A DNA stretch of 32,000 nt from Alkalilimnicola ehrlichii MLHE-1. Lineage in GTDB: Bacteria; Pseudomonadota; Gammaproteobacteria; Nitrococcales; Halorhodospiraceae. The notes beneath the pieces were generated by a model. That model had not been told where the DNA came from. It saw nothing but the letters and a program-made list of their open reading frames with translations, and made no database searches. Each line of letters opens with the position of its first letter. Positions within the stretch are counted from its first letter, which is position 1. Location of the stretch: assembly GCF_000014785.1 (NCBI RefSeq), contig NC_008340.1, forward strand, positions 660,001 to 692,000, written 5' to 3'. Shown piece after piece: positions 10,333-19,163 of the stretch. The translations under genes and the position numbers were made by a program.

Positions 10333-11757
10333 ATGGGTGCTGTCCGTCCCGACAACCCGCTGTTCCGCTACCGCGATGTGGTGGACGACTGGCCGGCCTT
10401 CGAGACGGCGGTGGCCAGTCCGCTGCCGGCGACCATCTGGGCCCACCCGGCGCGGATCACCCGCGAGGCCCTGCGCTCGCTGCTGGCTGAGGCGGGTATC
10501 GATGCCCGGCCGGTGGCCTGGCAGCCCTCGGCCCTGCGTCTGCCCGCCGGGCTGCGTCCGGGGGCGCATTGGGGGCAGGCCGCCGGGCTTTACCATGCGC
10601 AGGAGGAGGCCAGCATGGTGCCGGTGACGCTGCTGGATCCGCAGCCCGGTCACCGGGTGCTCGACCTGTGCGCCGCCCCCGGCAACAAGACCGCCCAGGC
10701 GGCACTGGCGCTGGGAAACCGTGGCACCGTGGTGGCTAACGATGTGGCCAAGGGGCGGCTGGCCGCCATCCGTCATCTGATCAAGCGGCTGGGGCTGATG
10801 AACGTCTCGGTCACCTGTCGGCCGGCACAGGACTATTCCCCCCACGCGGGCGGTTTCGACCGGGTCATCGCCGACGTGCCCTGTAGCTGCGAGGGCACGG
10901 TGCGCAAGTCCAGCCAGCCCTCCGCCCAGGCCCTGTGCGAGACCCGTGAGCGGCTTGTCGCGCGGCAGACGGCCATTCTCGACAAGGCGGTGCGGCTCTG
11001 CCGCCCGGGCGGGCGTATCGTCTACTCCACCTGCACCTTTGCCCCGGAGGAGAACGAACAGGTGGTGGATGCCCTGCTGCGCCGCTACCCGGACGAACTG
11101 CGCTTGCTGCCGGTGAGCCTGCCCGGGCTGTACTTGGCACCGGGGCTCACCGGGTGGCGGGGCCGGACCTTCCTGCCGGAGCTGGCCCAGGCGGTCCGGC
11201 TCTGGCCCCACCACAACAACACCGGGGGGTTTTTCATCGCCCTGCTGGAGCGGGTGGGCGGCGAGTGCCGCGAGGGGGCGCGGGCGGCAGAACGGCCGAC
11301 GGACGGTCACTGGCTGGAGGGTATTGTCCAGCGCTACGCCATTCCCGGGTCGGCCCTGGCCGGGTTGCGGCTGGTCCACCGTGGCCGCAAATACGCCCAG
11401 CTCATTGCCGCGGACCACGAGCCGCCGGCCCGGCCGGAGCGGGTGTTCTTCGGTCTGCCGACCGTCGGGGTGCAGATGAAGCCGCCCAAACTCACCACCG
11501 CCGGGGTGATGGCGCTGGGCGCTTACGCCCGGCGCAACGTGGTGGAACTGGACGAAAGCCAGGCGCAGGCCTATACCCGCCGCCAGGTGGTGACGCTGCA
11601 ACCGGGGCAGGGCATCGGGCTGGGGGAGAGCGGTTCGGTGGTGGTCCGGCGCCGGGGCTATGGGCTGGGCCTGGGCGTGGTCAGCCCGGCGGCGGAGGAT
11701 GGCAGCCGGCACCTGGCCAGCCTCTACCCGCGAAGCTGGGCCGCTGAGGTGCCCTGA
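10333..11757 (+). CDS. RsmB/RsmF (NOL1/NOP2/Sun)-family RNA m5C methyltransferase
   Basis: VLDLCAAPGNKTAQAALAL, VIADVPCSCEGTVRKS, GGRIVYSTCTFAPEENEQVVD motifs; RsmF-like C-terminal extension. Confidence 0.88.
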   Translation: MGAVRPDNPLFRYRDVVDDWPAFETAVASPLPATIWAHPARITREALRSLLAEAGIDARPVAWQPSALRLPAGLRPGAHWGQAAGLYHAQEEASMVPVTLLDPQPGHRVLDLCAAPGNKTAQAALALGNRGTVVANDVAKGRLAAIRHLIKRLGLMNVSVTCRPAQDYSPHAGGFDRVIADVPCSCEGTVRKSSQPSAQALCETRERLVARQTAILDKAVRLCRPGGRIVYSTCTFAPEENEQVVDALLRRYPDELRLLPVSLPGLYLAPGLTGWRGRTFLPELAQAVRLWPHHNNTGGFFIALLERVGGECREGARAAERPTDGHWLEGIVQRYAIPGSALAGLRLVHRGRKYAQLIAADHEPPARPERVFFGLPTVGVQMKPPKLTTAGVMALGAYARRNVVELDESQAQAYTRRQVVTLQPGQGIGLGESGSVVVRRRGYGLGLGVVSPAAEDGSRHLASLYPRSWAAEVP

Positions 11758-11798
11758 GCCGGCGCCGTCCGTCCGACGGAGGGGACTCGGTGCGACGG

Positions 11799-12011
11799 TC
11801 AGTCACGCTGCCGGCGCCAGATCCGCAGGCGGGTGACGGCGTACCACGCGAACCCGCCCAGTACGAGGGCGTGGGGTAGGGCCGCCTCCCACTCGCTGGC
11901 CGGACCGTCGGCGCGCCACTGCAGGAACAGCCAGATCACCCCGGTGATGATGAGCACCAGGGCGCCGATGATGTGGTACAGCAGGGGCTTGGGTGTCGGT
12001 TTTGGTTCCAT
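11799..12011 (-). CDS. Small two-TM hypothetical membrane protein
   Basis: 70 aa MEPKPTPKPLLYHIIGALVLIITGVIWLFLQW...; convergent with the methyltransferase gene. Confidence 0.55.
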   Translation of the reverse strand: MEPKPTPKPLLYHIIGALVLIITGVIWLFLQWRADGPASEWEAALPHALVLGGFAWYAVTRLRIWRRQRD

Positions 12012-12162
12012 GGGTCAGGGTCGGTGAGCGATCGGGGCGCCTGATTGTAACCGGCCGCCAGCTTTGATGCAGCGGTGCTGACCCTCCAGCGCCGGGTTGC
12101 GTCCGGCGTTTTTCCCGCAGAAAATACTCGGCTTTTCTCTCTCCGCCTGTTCGGGGGCCGCA

Positions 12163-13038
12163 ATGTTTGCAGAGTTATTTGCTGTCATGGCCCCCGTGCT
12201 GGCCGGGGCCGGTCTGGGGTTTGCCTGGGTGCGACTGGGCCACCCCTATCCGGTGGATTTCGTCACCCGGCTGGTCTTCAATATCGGCACGCCCGCACTG
12301 GTCCTGGCCGCGGTCTCCGGGGCGGACATCGACATCAGTGCCTTCGGCCGGACGATGCTGGCAACGGCCCTCGTGGTGCTGGCGATGGGCGCGGTCACCT
12401 TCCTGATGGCCCGTTTGCTGGGTCGCGACTGGCGGGTGTTGCTGGCGCCGATGATGTACCCCAATACCGGCAACATGGGCCTGCCGGTGGTCCTCTACGC
12501 CTTCGGCGGTACCGGCTTCGCCTTCGGGATCACGGTGATGATCACCGTCACCCTGTTCCAGTTCACCCTGGGGACGATGATGGCCAGCCGCGGGAATCCG
12601 TTGCGGGCACTGCTCCGGACCCCCACGGTCTACGCCATACTCATCGTGGTTGGGTTGCTGATCACCGACAGTGAGTTGCCCCGTTGGCTGGACAACACGG
12701 TGGACCTGATCTCCGGGTTCACCGTGCCGCTCATGCTGATCACCCTGGGGGTCTCTCTGGCCAGCATTCGGGTGACCGGCCTGATGTCGGGGGTGGGCTT
12801 CAGCCTGTTGAGAATCCCGGTGGCCGCCCTGCTGGCCTGGGGGGCCGGCCTTCTGGTGGGGCTCTCGCCCCTGGCCCACGCCATCCTGGTGCTGCAGATG
12901 AGTATGCCGGTGGCGGTATTCAACTACCTGTTTGCGGTGCGCGCGGGCCGGGAGCCGGAGTACGTGGCCAGCCTGGTGTTCGTCTCCACGTTGTTGTCGT
13001 TGCTCTACCTGCCGGTGCTGCTGGCGATCCTGATGTGA
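12163..13038 (+). CDS. AEC (auxin efflux carrier) family transporter
   Basis: Hydrophobic 291 aa protein; ARLLGRDWRVLLAPMMYPNTGNMGLPVVLYAFG pattern of AEC/YfdV permeases. Confidence 0.85.
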   Translation: MFAELFAVMAPVLAGAGLGFAWVRLGHPYPVDFVTRLVFNIGTPALVLAAVSGADIDISAFGRTMLATALVVLAMGAVTFLMARLLGRDWRVLLAPMMYPNTGNMGLPVVLYAFGGTGFAFGITVMITVTLFQFTLGTMMASRGNPLRALLRTPTVYAILIVVGLLITDSELPRWLDNTVDLISGFTVPLMLITLGVSLASIRVTGLMSGVGFSLLRIPVAALLAWGAGLLVGLSPLAHAILVLQMSMPVAVFNYLFAVRAGREPEYVASLVFVSTLLSLLYLPVLLAILM

Positions 13039-13048
13039 CCGCCGGGTG

Positions 13049-13720
13049 TCAGCGGTCTTCCACCGGCAGGCCGGCCGCCTTCCACTCCGGGTAACCGGCC
13101 TCCAGGCGCAGGGCCTTGACACCCCGCTCGCGCAACAGACGGACCGCGTCGTGGGAGAGCGCGCAGTAGGGGCCGCGGCAGTAGGCCACCACCTCCCGGC
13201 CCGGTGGCAGGTCGCGCAGGCGCTGCGCCAGCTCCGAGGCCGGGATATTGATGGCGCCGGGGAGGTGGCCGACGCGGTACTCCTCTTCCGGCCGCACGTC
13301 GAGCAGGGTCACCGACCCCTCCCGCAGCCGTTCCAGCAGGTCGGCGGTGGGGAGGGCCTCCAGCGCCTCGGTATCGTCGAAGTAGTCCTGGACCAGCCGC
13401 TGTACCTCGGAGAGGTTGTTTTCGGCGACGCAGCGCAGGCTGTTGACCAGGTTGACCACATCGTCGCCGGCCACCCGGTAGTGGATGTATTTGCCCTCAC
13501 GGCGGGTGCGGACCAGGCCGGCGCGGCGAAGGTGCTGCAGATGCTGCGAGACAGTGGCCAGATGCAGCCCGGTGAGTTGGGTGAGGGCCTCCACCGTGCG
13601 CTCGCCCTGGGCGACGTATTCCAGCAGTTCCAGCCGGTAGGCGTGGCCCAGGGCCTTGCCGACGGTGGCAATCTGGGCGAGGAGATCGCGCTTGCGGGTG
13701 GTCTCGGGGGTGTGGCTCAT
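13049..13720 (-). CDS. ArsR-family HTH fused to rhodanese domain
   Basis: 223 aa: LGHAYRLELLEYVAQGERTVEALTQLTGLHLATVSQHLQHLRRAGLVRTRREGKYIHYRV then LLDVRPEEEYRVGHLPGAINIPASEL...VVAYCRGPYCALSHDAV. Confidence 0.92.
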   Translation of the reverse strand: MSHTPETTRKRDLLAQIATVGKALGHAYRLELLEYVAQGERTVEALTQLTGLHLATVSQHLQHLRRAGLVRTRREGKYIHYRVAGDDVVNLVNSLRCVAENNLSEVQRLVQDYFDDTEALEALPTADLLERLREGSVTLLDVRPEEEYRVGHLPGAINIPASELAQRLRDLPPGREVVAYCRGPYCALSHDAVRLLRERGVKALRLEAGYPEWKAAGLPVEDR

Positions 13721-14874
13721 GATGGTTCCTGTGTGGTGGCGGCCCGGGCCTGGGGGACCGCCCGGGCGAGCCTTGCGATAACCTCGTCGATCTCCTGTTC
13801 CGTGGTCCAGCGGCCCAGGCTGAACCGGAGTGCGCCCATGCCCACCCGCTCCGGGACCCCCATGGCGGCCAGCACCGGTGAGAGCGTGACAGAGCCGGCG
13901 TGGCAGGCGGAGCCCGTGGAGGCGGCGACACCGTCGAGCCGGTCCAGGATGGCCGCGCCTACACAGTCGGCGAAGGCGACGTTCAGGGTGTTGGGCAGAC
14001 GGGCCTGAGGGTGACCGTTCAGGCAAAGGGTATCACCGAAATGGCCCTTCAGGCCCGTCCAGAGCCGGTCGCGCAGCGCCTGAACCCGAGCCATGGGGCT
14101 GAGGTCACGCGCCTTCTCGGCGGCGGTGCCCAGCCCCGTGGCGAGCAGCGCGCTCTCGGTACCGGCGCGGCGCCCCCCCTCGTGACCGGCGCCGTGGATC
14201 AGCGGCGTCAGGTCGATGCCGCGACGGACGTAGAGCGCGCCGATGCCCTTGGGGCCGTAGAACTTGTGGCCGGCGAGCGAGAGCAGATCCACGCCCATGG
14301 CCTGGACGTTGATGGGCACCTTGCCGGCCGATTGCGCCGCGTCCACGTGGAAGCGGACACCGTGGTCGCGGGCGATGCGGCCGATGGCCTCCACCGGCTG
14401 CAGGGTGCCCACCTCGTTGTTGGCGTGCATGACGCTGATCAGGCGGGTCTCGGGGGTGATGGCCGCCTGGACCGCGTCCGGGTTCACCTGCCCATATCGG
14501 TCCACGGGGAGTACGGTCAGGCTAGCACCGAGGGATTCAAGGAAACGGCAGGGGACCAGGGTGGCCGGGTGTTCCACTGCCGTGGTGATGATGTGAAATG
14601 GCCCCTCTGTGGCGTACCAGGTGCCCTTGATGGCGTGGTTGTTCGCCTCGCTGCCGCCGCTGGTGAAGACGATCTCGTCCGGCGCCGCCCCGATCAGCCG
14701 GGCCACCTGCCGGCGCGCCTGCTCCACCGCCTCACGGGCCGGACCGCCGGCCCAGTGACCGGCGGAGGGGTTGCCATAGGCCTCCTGCAGGTAGGGGGCC
14801 ATGGCCTTGGCTACCTCGGGGGCGATGGGCGTGCTGGCGTTGTAGTCCAGGTAGATCGGGGTTGGTGCGCTCAT
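13717..14874 (-). CDS. NifS/IscS-like cysteine desulfurase
   Basis: PIYLDYNASTPI, FTSGGSEANNHAIKG, HVDAAQSAGKVPINV, LLSLAGHKFYGPKGIGALY, STGSACHAGSVTLSPVLAAMG; ATGA overlap with the ArsR-rhodanese gene. Confidence 0.93.
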   Translation of the reverse strand: MSAPTPIYLDYNASTPIAPEVAKAMAPYLQEAYGNPSAGHWAGGPAREAVEQARRQVARLIGAAPDEIVFTSGGSEANNHAIKGTWYATEGPFHIITTAVEHPATLVPCRFLESLGASLTVLPVDRYGQVNPDAVQAAITPETRLISVMHANNEVGTLQPVEAIGRIARDHGVRFHVDAAQSAGKVPINVQAMGVDLLSLAGHKFYGPKGIGALYVRRGIDLTPLIHGAGHEGGRRAGTESALLATGLGTAAEKARDLSPMARVQALRDRLWTGLKGHFGDTLCLNGHPQARLPNTLNVAFADCVGAAILDRLDGVAASTGSACHAGSVTLSPVLAAMGVPERVGMGALRFSLGRWTTEQEIDEVIARLARAVPQARAATTQEPS

Positions 14875-14886
14875 GGTGACTCTGAA

Positions 14887-15243
14887 TCAGAAAACAATGA
14901 CCTTGTCCGCGTCAGCGGTGATCTGCGCCAATTCGTCCATGGTGCTGCGGCGTGGCCCGTCCATGGTGTCGTCGTCGGACATGCCGCGGGCATCCATGCA
15001 GGTGCCGCACAGCAGGACACGGCCGCGATCGCCGGCAAGCACCCGACGCAGCATACGCTCGACATTGTAGAAGCCGTCCGGTGTCTTCTGGCCGGCGTTG
15101 GCACCCACCACGGCATCGGCCATCAGGAAGACGTCGACCCGGTTGTCGTCGGCCTTTTTGAGCAGCGCGTGGGCCAGACGCAGGCCGTTGAAGACGCGCT
15201 CAGTGCCATAAGGGGGATCGTTGATCAGGATGAGGTAGTGCAT
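14887..15243 (-). CDS. DsrE family protein
   Basis: MHYLILINDPPYGTERVFNGLRLAHALLK...VFLMADAV...LLCGTCMDARGM; 12 nt upstream of the NifS-like gene. Confidence 0.85.
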   Translation of the reverse strand: MHYLILINDPPYGTERVFNGLRLAHALLKKADDNRVDVFLMADAVVGANAGQKTPDGFYNVERMLRRVLAGDRGRVLLCGTCMDARGMSDDDTMDGPRRSTMDELAQITADADKVIVF

Positions 15244-15412
15244 GTGCTGGCTCCGATTGTCAGGCTGGGTTTCGGGGTGAATCCTTGCTGTGGATGTGTT
15301 CAATATAACAATATACGTTCTGATTGACGGTAGAGGATTCCCCGGTTAAGGTCAAACACTGGAGGCCGTGCCCGCATCGGGTTGGGTCCGATGTCTGCCA
15401 GTGGGGGTGTCG

Positions 15413-16087
15413 ATGTCAGGGCGTCAGAGCCGGGATCATCCTGCGGGTTACGAGGCCTGGTACCACAGTCCGCGTGGCCGCTGGGTGGCGAAGCGGGAGT
15501 TCGATCTGCTCTTTCGGCTGCTGAGGCCGGCCCTGGGGAGCCGGGTTCTGGATGTCGGTTGCGGCACTGGCCACTTTACCCGGCGCTTTGCCCAGGCCGG
15601 CCTCGATCTGGTCGGGCTGGACCCGGACGGCGATGCCCTGCGCTACGCCCGCTCGCTGGATGATTCCGTGGCGTATGTCCGGGGTGATGCCCGAACCCTG
15701 CCATTCCCGGACGGGGCCTTCGCCAACTGCATCGCGATCACCAGCCTGTGCTTTGTCGAGTCCCCGGAGGTGGCGTTGGCCGAGATGGCGCGGGTGGCGC
15801 GTGAGGGGGTGGCCCTGGGGCTGCTCCACCGGCCGAGTCTGTTGCACTGGCAGAAGGCCGGGCGGGGGGGCTATCGCGGCGCGCGCTGGGATCGCGGGGT
15901 AGACCTGCGCCGCTGGTTCCAGGCACTGCCGGGCTGGCGGCTGACGGACCTCCGTTGGGGCCTCTTCTGTGCCCGCGGCCCGCGGGCACTGCGCGCCGGC
16001 ACGGAGCGCATGCTGCCGGATCGGCTGCCACTCGGGGCGTTCATGGCCGCGGTGGGGCGGCCGGTATCCGACGGAAAAGCCGAGTAA
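15413..16087 (+). CDS. Class I SAM-dependent methyltransferase (methyltransf_11-like)
   Basis: RVLDVGCGTGHFTRRFAQAGLDLVGLDPDGDALRYAR; DARTLPFPDGAFANCIAITSLCFVESPEVALAEMARVAR. Confidence 0.85.
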   Translation: MSGRQSRDHPAGYEAWYHSPRGRWVAKREFDLLFRLLRPALGSRVLDVGCGTGHFTRRFAQAGLDLVGLDPDGDALRYARSLDDSVAYVRGDARTLPFPDGAFANCIAITSLCFVESPEVALAEMARVAREGVALGLLHRPSLLHWQKAGRGGYRGARWDRGVDLRRWFQALPGWRLTDLRWGLFCARGPRALRAGTERMLPDRLPLGAFMAAVGRPVSDGKAE

Positions 16088-16108
16088 TGAGACGCAACGG
16101 GAGAACCC

Positions 16109-17110
16109 ATGAACGCCTTTCAGATCCTGTCCAAGCTTACCGGTAAGCTGACTATCGCCATCCCCGCGATGATGGCGATGGGGTTCGTTTTCGGGGCCGT
16201 GGCGCCGAGCGACTGGCTGCAGGCGCTTATTCTGCCTCTCACCTTCCTGATGGTTTACCCGATGATGGTCAATCTGAAGGTGCGTTCGGTCCTGGAAGGG
16301 GTGGACGGTCGCGCCCAGGGCCTGGCGCTGCTGGTGAATTTTGGCGTCATTCCCTTCATCGCCTTTGCCATCGGGCTGCTGTTCCTGGCCGATCACCCCT
16401 ATTTCGCCCTGGGGCTGCTGCTGGCGGCGCTGCTGCCGACCAGCGGCATGACCATTGCCTGGACCGGCTTTGCCAAAGGCAACGTGCCCGCCGCCATCAA
16501 GATGACGGTGATTGGCCTGCTTGTGGGCTCGGTGGCGACGCCCTTTTACGTGCAATGGCTGATGGGCGCCGAGGTGCCGGTGGACCTGCTGACGGTCTTC
16601 CGCCAGATCGCCATTATCGTGCTGCTGCCACTGGTGGCCGGGCAGATCACCCAGCACTACCTGCGCCGTCGCTACGGCCAGGAGGGCTACCAGAGGCGGT
16701 GGGCCCCGCGTTTCCCGCCGCTCTCCTCCCTGGGGGTGCTGGGTATCGTCTTCGTGGCCATGGCCCTGAAGGCCGGGGACCTGATCGCCTCTCCCGGCGA
16801 CCTGCTGATTATCGCCGTGCCGGTGGTCCTGCTTTACCTGATCAACTACACCCTCAGCACCGGCATTGCCCGCGCCGTGTTGGGGCGGGGCGAGGGGATT
16901 GCGCTGGTCTACGGCACGGTGATGCGCAATCTCTCCATTGCCCTGGCATTGGCCATGAACGCCTTTGGCGAGGCAGGTGCCGATGCGGCGCTGGTGGTTG
17001 CGCTGGCCTTCATCATCCAGGTGCAGTCGGCGGCCTGGTACGTCAAACTGACGGACCGGGTGTTTGGTAGCGCACCGGAAACGGACGGGGTCGGCGAACA
17101 GGCGCGATGA
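16109..17110 (+). CDS. ACR3/bile acid:sodium symporter superfamily transporter
   Basis: About ten hydrophobic segments; FLMVYPMMVNLKVRSV, LLPTSGMTIAWTGFAKGNVPAAIKMTVIG. Confidence 0.78.
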   Translation: MNAFQILSKLTGKLTIAIPAMMAMGFVFGAVAPSDWLQALILPLTFLMVYPMMVNLKVRSVLEGVDGRAQGLALLVNFGVIPFIAFAIGLLFLADHPYFALGLLLAALLPTSGMTIAWTGFAKGNVPAAIKMTVIGLLVGSVATPFYVQWLMGAEVPVDLLTVFRQIAIIVLLPLVAGQITQHYLRRRYGQEGYQRRWAPRFPPLSSLGVLGIVFVAMALKAGDLIASPGDLLIIAVPVVLLYLINYTLSTGIARAVLGRGEGIALVYGTVMRNLSIALALAMNAFGEAGADAALVVALAFIIQVQSAAWYVKLTDRVFGSAPETDGVGEQAR

Positions 17111-17277
17111 ATGCGGGGCCCGCCTGGCCGAATCCTTCTGGAGGGGCTGTGGGTGATTGCCGTTGTCGATTGGGATCAAGGGCGGATTGGCGTACGATTC
17201 CCTGGTAGTGTCAGGGTAAACTTGTCAATCCAGAGTCCCGGGAACAACACCTGTTCCGGCTCTGAAGGAGAGCCAAT

Positions 17278-18756
17278 ATGTCCTCCGCTTCACGCGGCGA
17301 TGCCTCCGTGGCGGCCGGGCTGCCGGAGCGTGTCTCCTCCGGCGTGGCCGGCCTTGACCAGATCCTCGACGGCGGCCTGATCGCCCGTCGCGGTTACCTG
17401 CTTCGCGGTGGGCCGGGGCTGGGCAAGACCACGCTCGGCCTCAGTTTTCTCACCGCCGCCGGCGAGGGGGAGCGCACGCTCTTCATCGGCTTCCAGGAGC
17501 TGGAGGCGGAGCTCCGTGCCAACGCGGCCACCGTCGGTCTCGACACCCGCGGCATCGAGTTCCTGAGCCTGGCACCAACCGAGGAGTTCTTCGCCGGCTC
17601 CGAGACCTACGACGTCTTCGCGGCGTCCGATGTCGAGCAGGCACCGATGATCGACACCGTAGTGGAAGCGGTCGAACGGATCCAGCCGCACCGCGTGTTC
17701 ATCGACTCGCTGACACACCTGCGACTCGTGTCCGCCGACCGTTACCAGTTCCGCCAACAGGTCGTGTCGCTGCTGCGGTTTCTCGTCGAGCGTGGGGCCA
17801 CCGTGGTGTTCACCTCGGAGTCGTCCATGGAGAACCCGGATGACGATCTCCAGTTTCTCGCCGATGGCGTTATCAATCTGGAGGCGGGCCCATCCAGCCG
17901 CACGATTGAGGTCTCGAAACTGCGCGGCTCCGCGGCCCAGCGCGGCCGACACGAGTACCGCGTCGATAAGAGCGGCATTCATGTGTTCCCTCGCACCGTG
18001 CCGCCGACGCGACGTCTGACGGACGGGGCAGGTACGGTGCAGTTCCGCAGCGGCAATGCCGCCTTCGACGAAATGCTCCATGGTGGCCTCGAGAACGGCA
18101 CCATCACGCTGATTACGGGCCCTAGTGGGATCGGCAAATCGACGGTGGCGGCCATGATCGCGGCCGCGGCCGCTCACGACGGGCATCGCGCCAGCGTGTT
18201 CCAGTTCGAGGAGGAGTTGGACGGCTATCTCCGGCGCCTGCGCGCGCTCGATGTCGATGTCGACGGACCGCTGCAATCGAGGGGCCTGGTAGTGGAGCAG
18301 ATCGAGCCCTTGCGCTATCTCGCAGACGAGTTCATGGGTGATCTGCTGCAGCGTGTCGAGGACGAGGAAATCGACGTGGTCGTGATCGACAGCGTCACCG
18401 GCTTCGATATGGCGCTCAATCAGGACGAGGCCGTCCAGCGGCCGTTGCACACGCTCGCCAAGTCCCTGTCGCGCAGGGGTGTCACGGTGCTCCTGGTCAA
18501 CGAGAACCATTCTTTCGGCGAGGAGTTGCAGATATCGTCGCGCGAGATCAGTCATCTGGCGGACAACGTCATCTTTTTCCGTTACGTGCATGGTGGTGAT
18601 CGGCTCGAGAAACTCGTCGGCATCCTCAAGAAACGCATGTCCGATTTTGATCGCCAGCAGCGCCGGTTCGAGATCGCCCCGGGTGGCTTCCGCGTCGGGG
18701 AGCCGGCGAGCGTGGCGCCCGGCATGGCTACCCGGCGGGAGACCGAGTCGAAATGA
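17278..18756 (+). CDS. KaiC-like tandem RecA-domain ATPase
   Basis: Two Walker A motifs (RGGPGLGKTTLG and ITGPSGIGKSTVA), two Walker B-like strands (HRVFIDSLTHL, DVVVIDSVTGF), VSKLRGS in CI, RBS GGAG before ATG 17278. Confidence 0.92.
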   Translation: MSSASRGDASVAAGLPERVSSGVAGLDQILDGGLIARRGYLLRGGPGLGKTTLGLSFLTAAGEGERTLFIGFQELEAELRANAATVGLDTRGIEFLSLAPTEEFFAGSETYDVFAASDVEQAPMIDTVVEAVERIQPHRVFIDSLTHLRLVSADRYQFRQQVVSLLRFLVERGATVVFTSESSMENPDDDLQFLADGVINLEAGPSSRTIEVSKLRGSAAQRGRHEYRVDKSGIHVFPRTVPPTRRLTDGAGTVQFRSGNAAFDEMLHGGLENGTITLITGPSGIGKSTVAAMIAAAAAHDGHRASVFQFEEELDGYLRRLRALDVDVDGPLQSRGLVVEQIEPLRYLADEFMGDLLQRVEDEEIDVVVIDSVTGFDMALNQDEAVQRPLHTLAKSLSRRGVTVLLVNENHSFGEELQISSREISHLADNVIFFRYVHGGDRLEKLVGILKKRMSDFDRQQRRFEIAPGGFRVGEPASVAPGMATRRETESK

Positions 18757-19163
18757 CGGCAGCGGGCAAACGAGGGGTCATCCTGATCGTGCGCCAGCCG
18801 GGCAATGCGCGGGTGCTCGCCGCGGCGGCCGAGGAAGCGGGCATGGCCGCGGCCCGTGCGCCCACGGCCGACGCGTTGCAGGCGCTCCTGAAGCAAAGGG
18901 ATGGGCACTGGGTCGCGTTGGTGGATCCGACCGGTTTCGGCCAGGCTGTCTGGCCGCTGTGCCAGCAACTGCAGGACTGCCGCGTCCCCTTCGTGGTGCT
19001 GTTCGCCAGCCAGGACCGTGACGCCGGCAACCGCTCGCTGCAGTACGGCGCGGCCAGCATCCTGCGCAAGCCCGTGGCCAAGGACGCCTTGCTGAAACTG
19101 TTGCAAAGCCTGCCTCCGGGGCCGGGGTCAACGAGGGAGGATACCCATGGCCGCGGAGTCTGA
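18753..19163 (+). CDS. Degenerate response-regulator receiver-like protein
   Basis: ILIVRQPGNARVLAAAAEEAG...WVALVDPTGF...ASILRKPVAKDALLKLLQ; receiver pattern with the N-terminal acidic pair missing; ATGA overlap with the KaiC-like gene. Confidence 0.75.
   Translation: MTAAGKRGVILIVRQPGNARVLAAAAEEAGMAAARAPTADALQALLKQRDGHWVALVDPTGFGQAVWPLCQQLQDCRVPFVVLFASQDRDAGNRSLQYGAASILRKPVAKDALLKLLQSLPPGPGSTREDTHGRGV

Noticed and set aside
10150-11712. 520 aa minus-strand ORF opposite the RsmB-like gene
   Set aside because: Shadow ORF of a well-supported methyltransferase gene.
13900-15327. 475 aa plus-strand ORF opposite the NifS-like and dsrE-like genes
   Set aside because: Shadow ORF spanning an intergenic gap between two real minus-strand genes.
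15416-17179. 587 aa minus-strand ORF opposite methyltransferase and transporter genes
   Set aside because: Covers two confidently identified plus-strand genes; no domain features.
17290-18591. 433 aa minus-strand ORF opposite the KaiC-like gene
   Set aside because: Shadow ORF; the plus-strand product has full KaiC motifs.
17278-18756. Considered calling a KaiABC circadian clock
   Set aside because: No kaiA or kaiB in the window and the CII phosphosite pair appears altered; only a KaiC-like label is justified.
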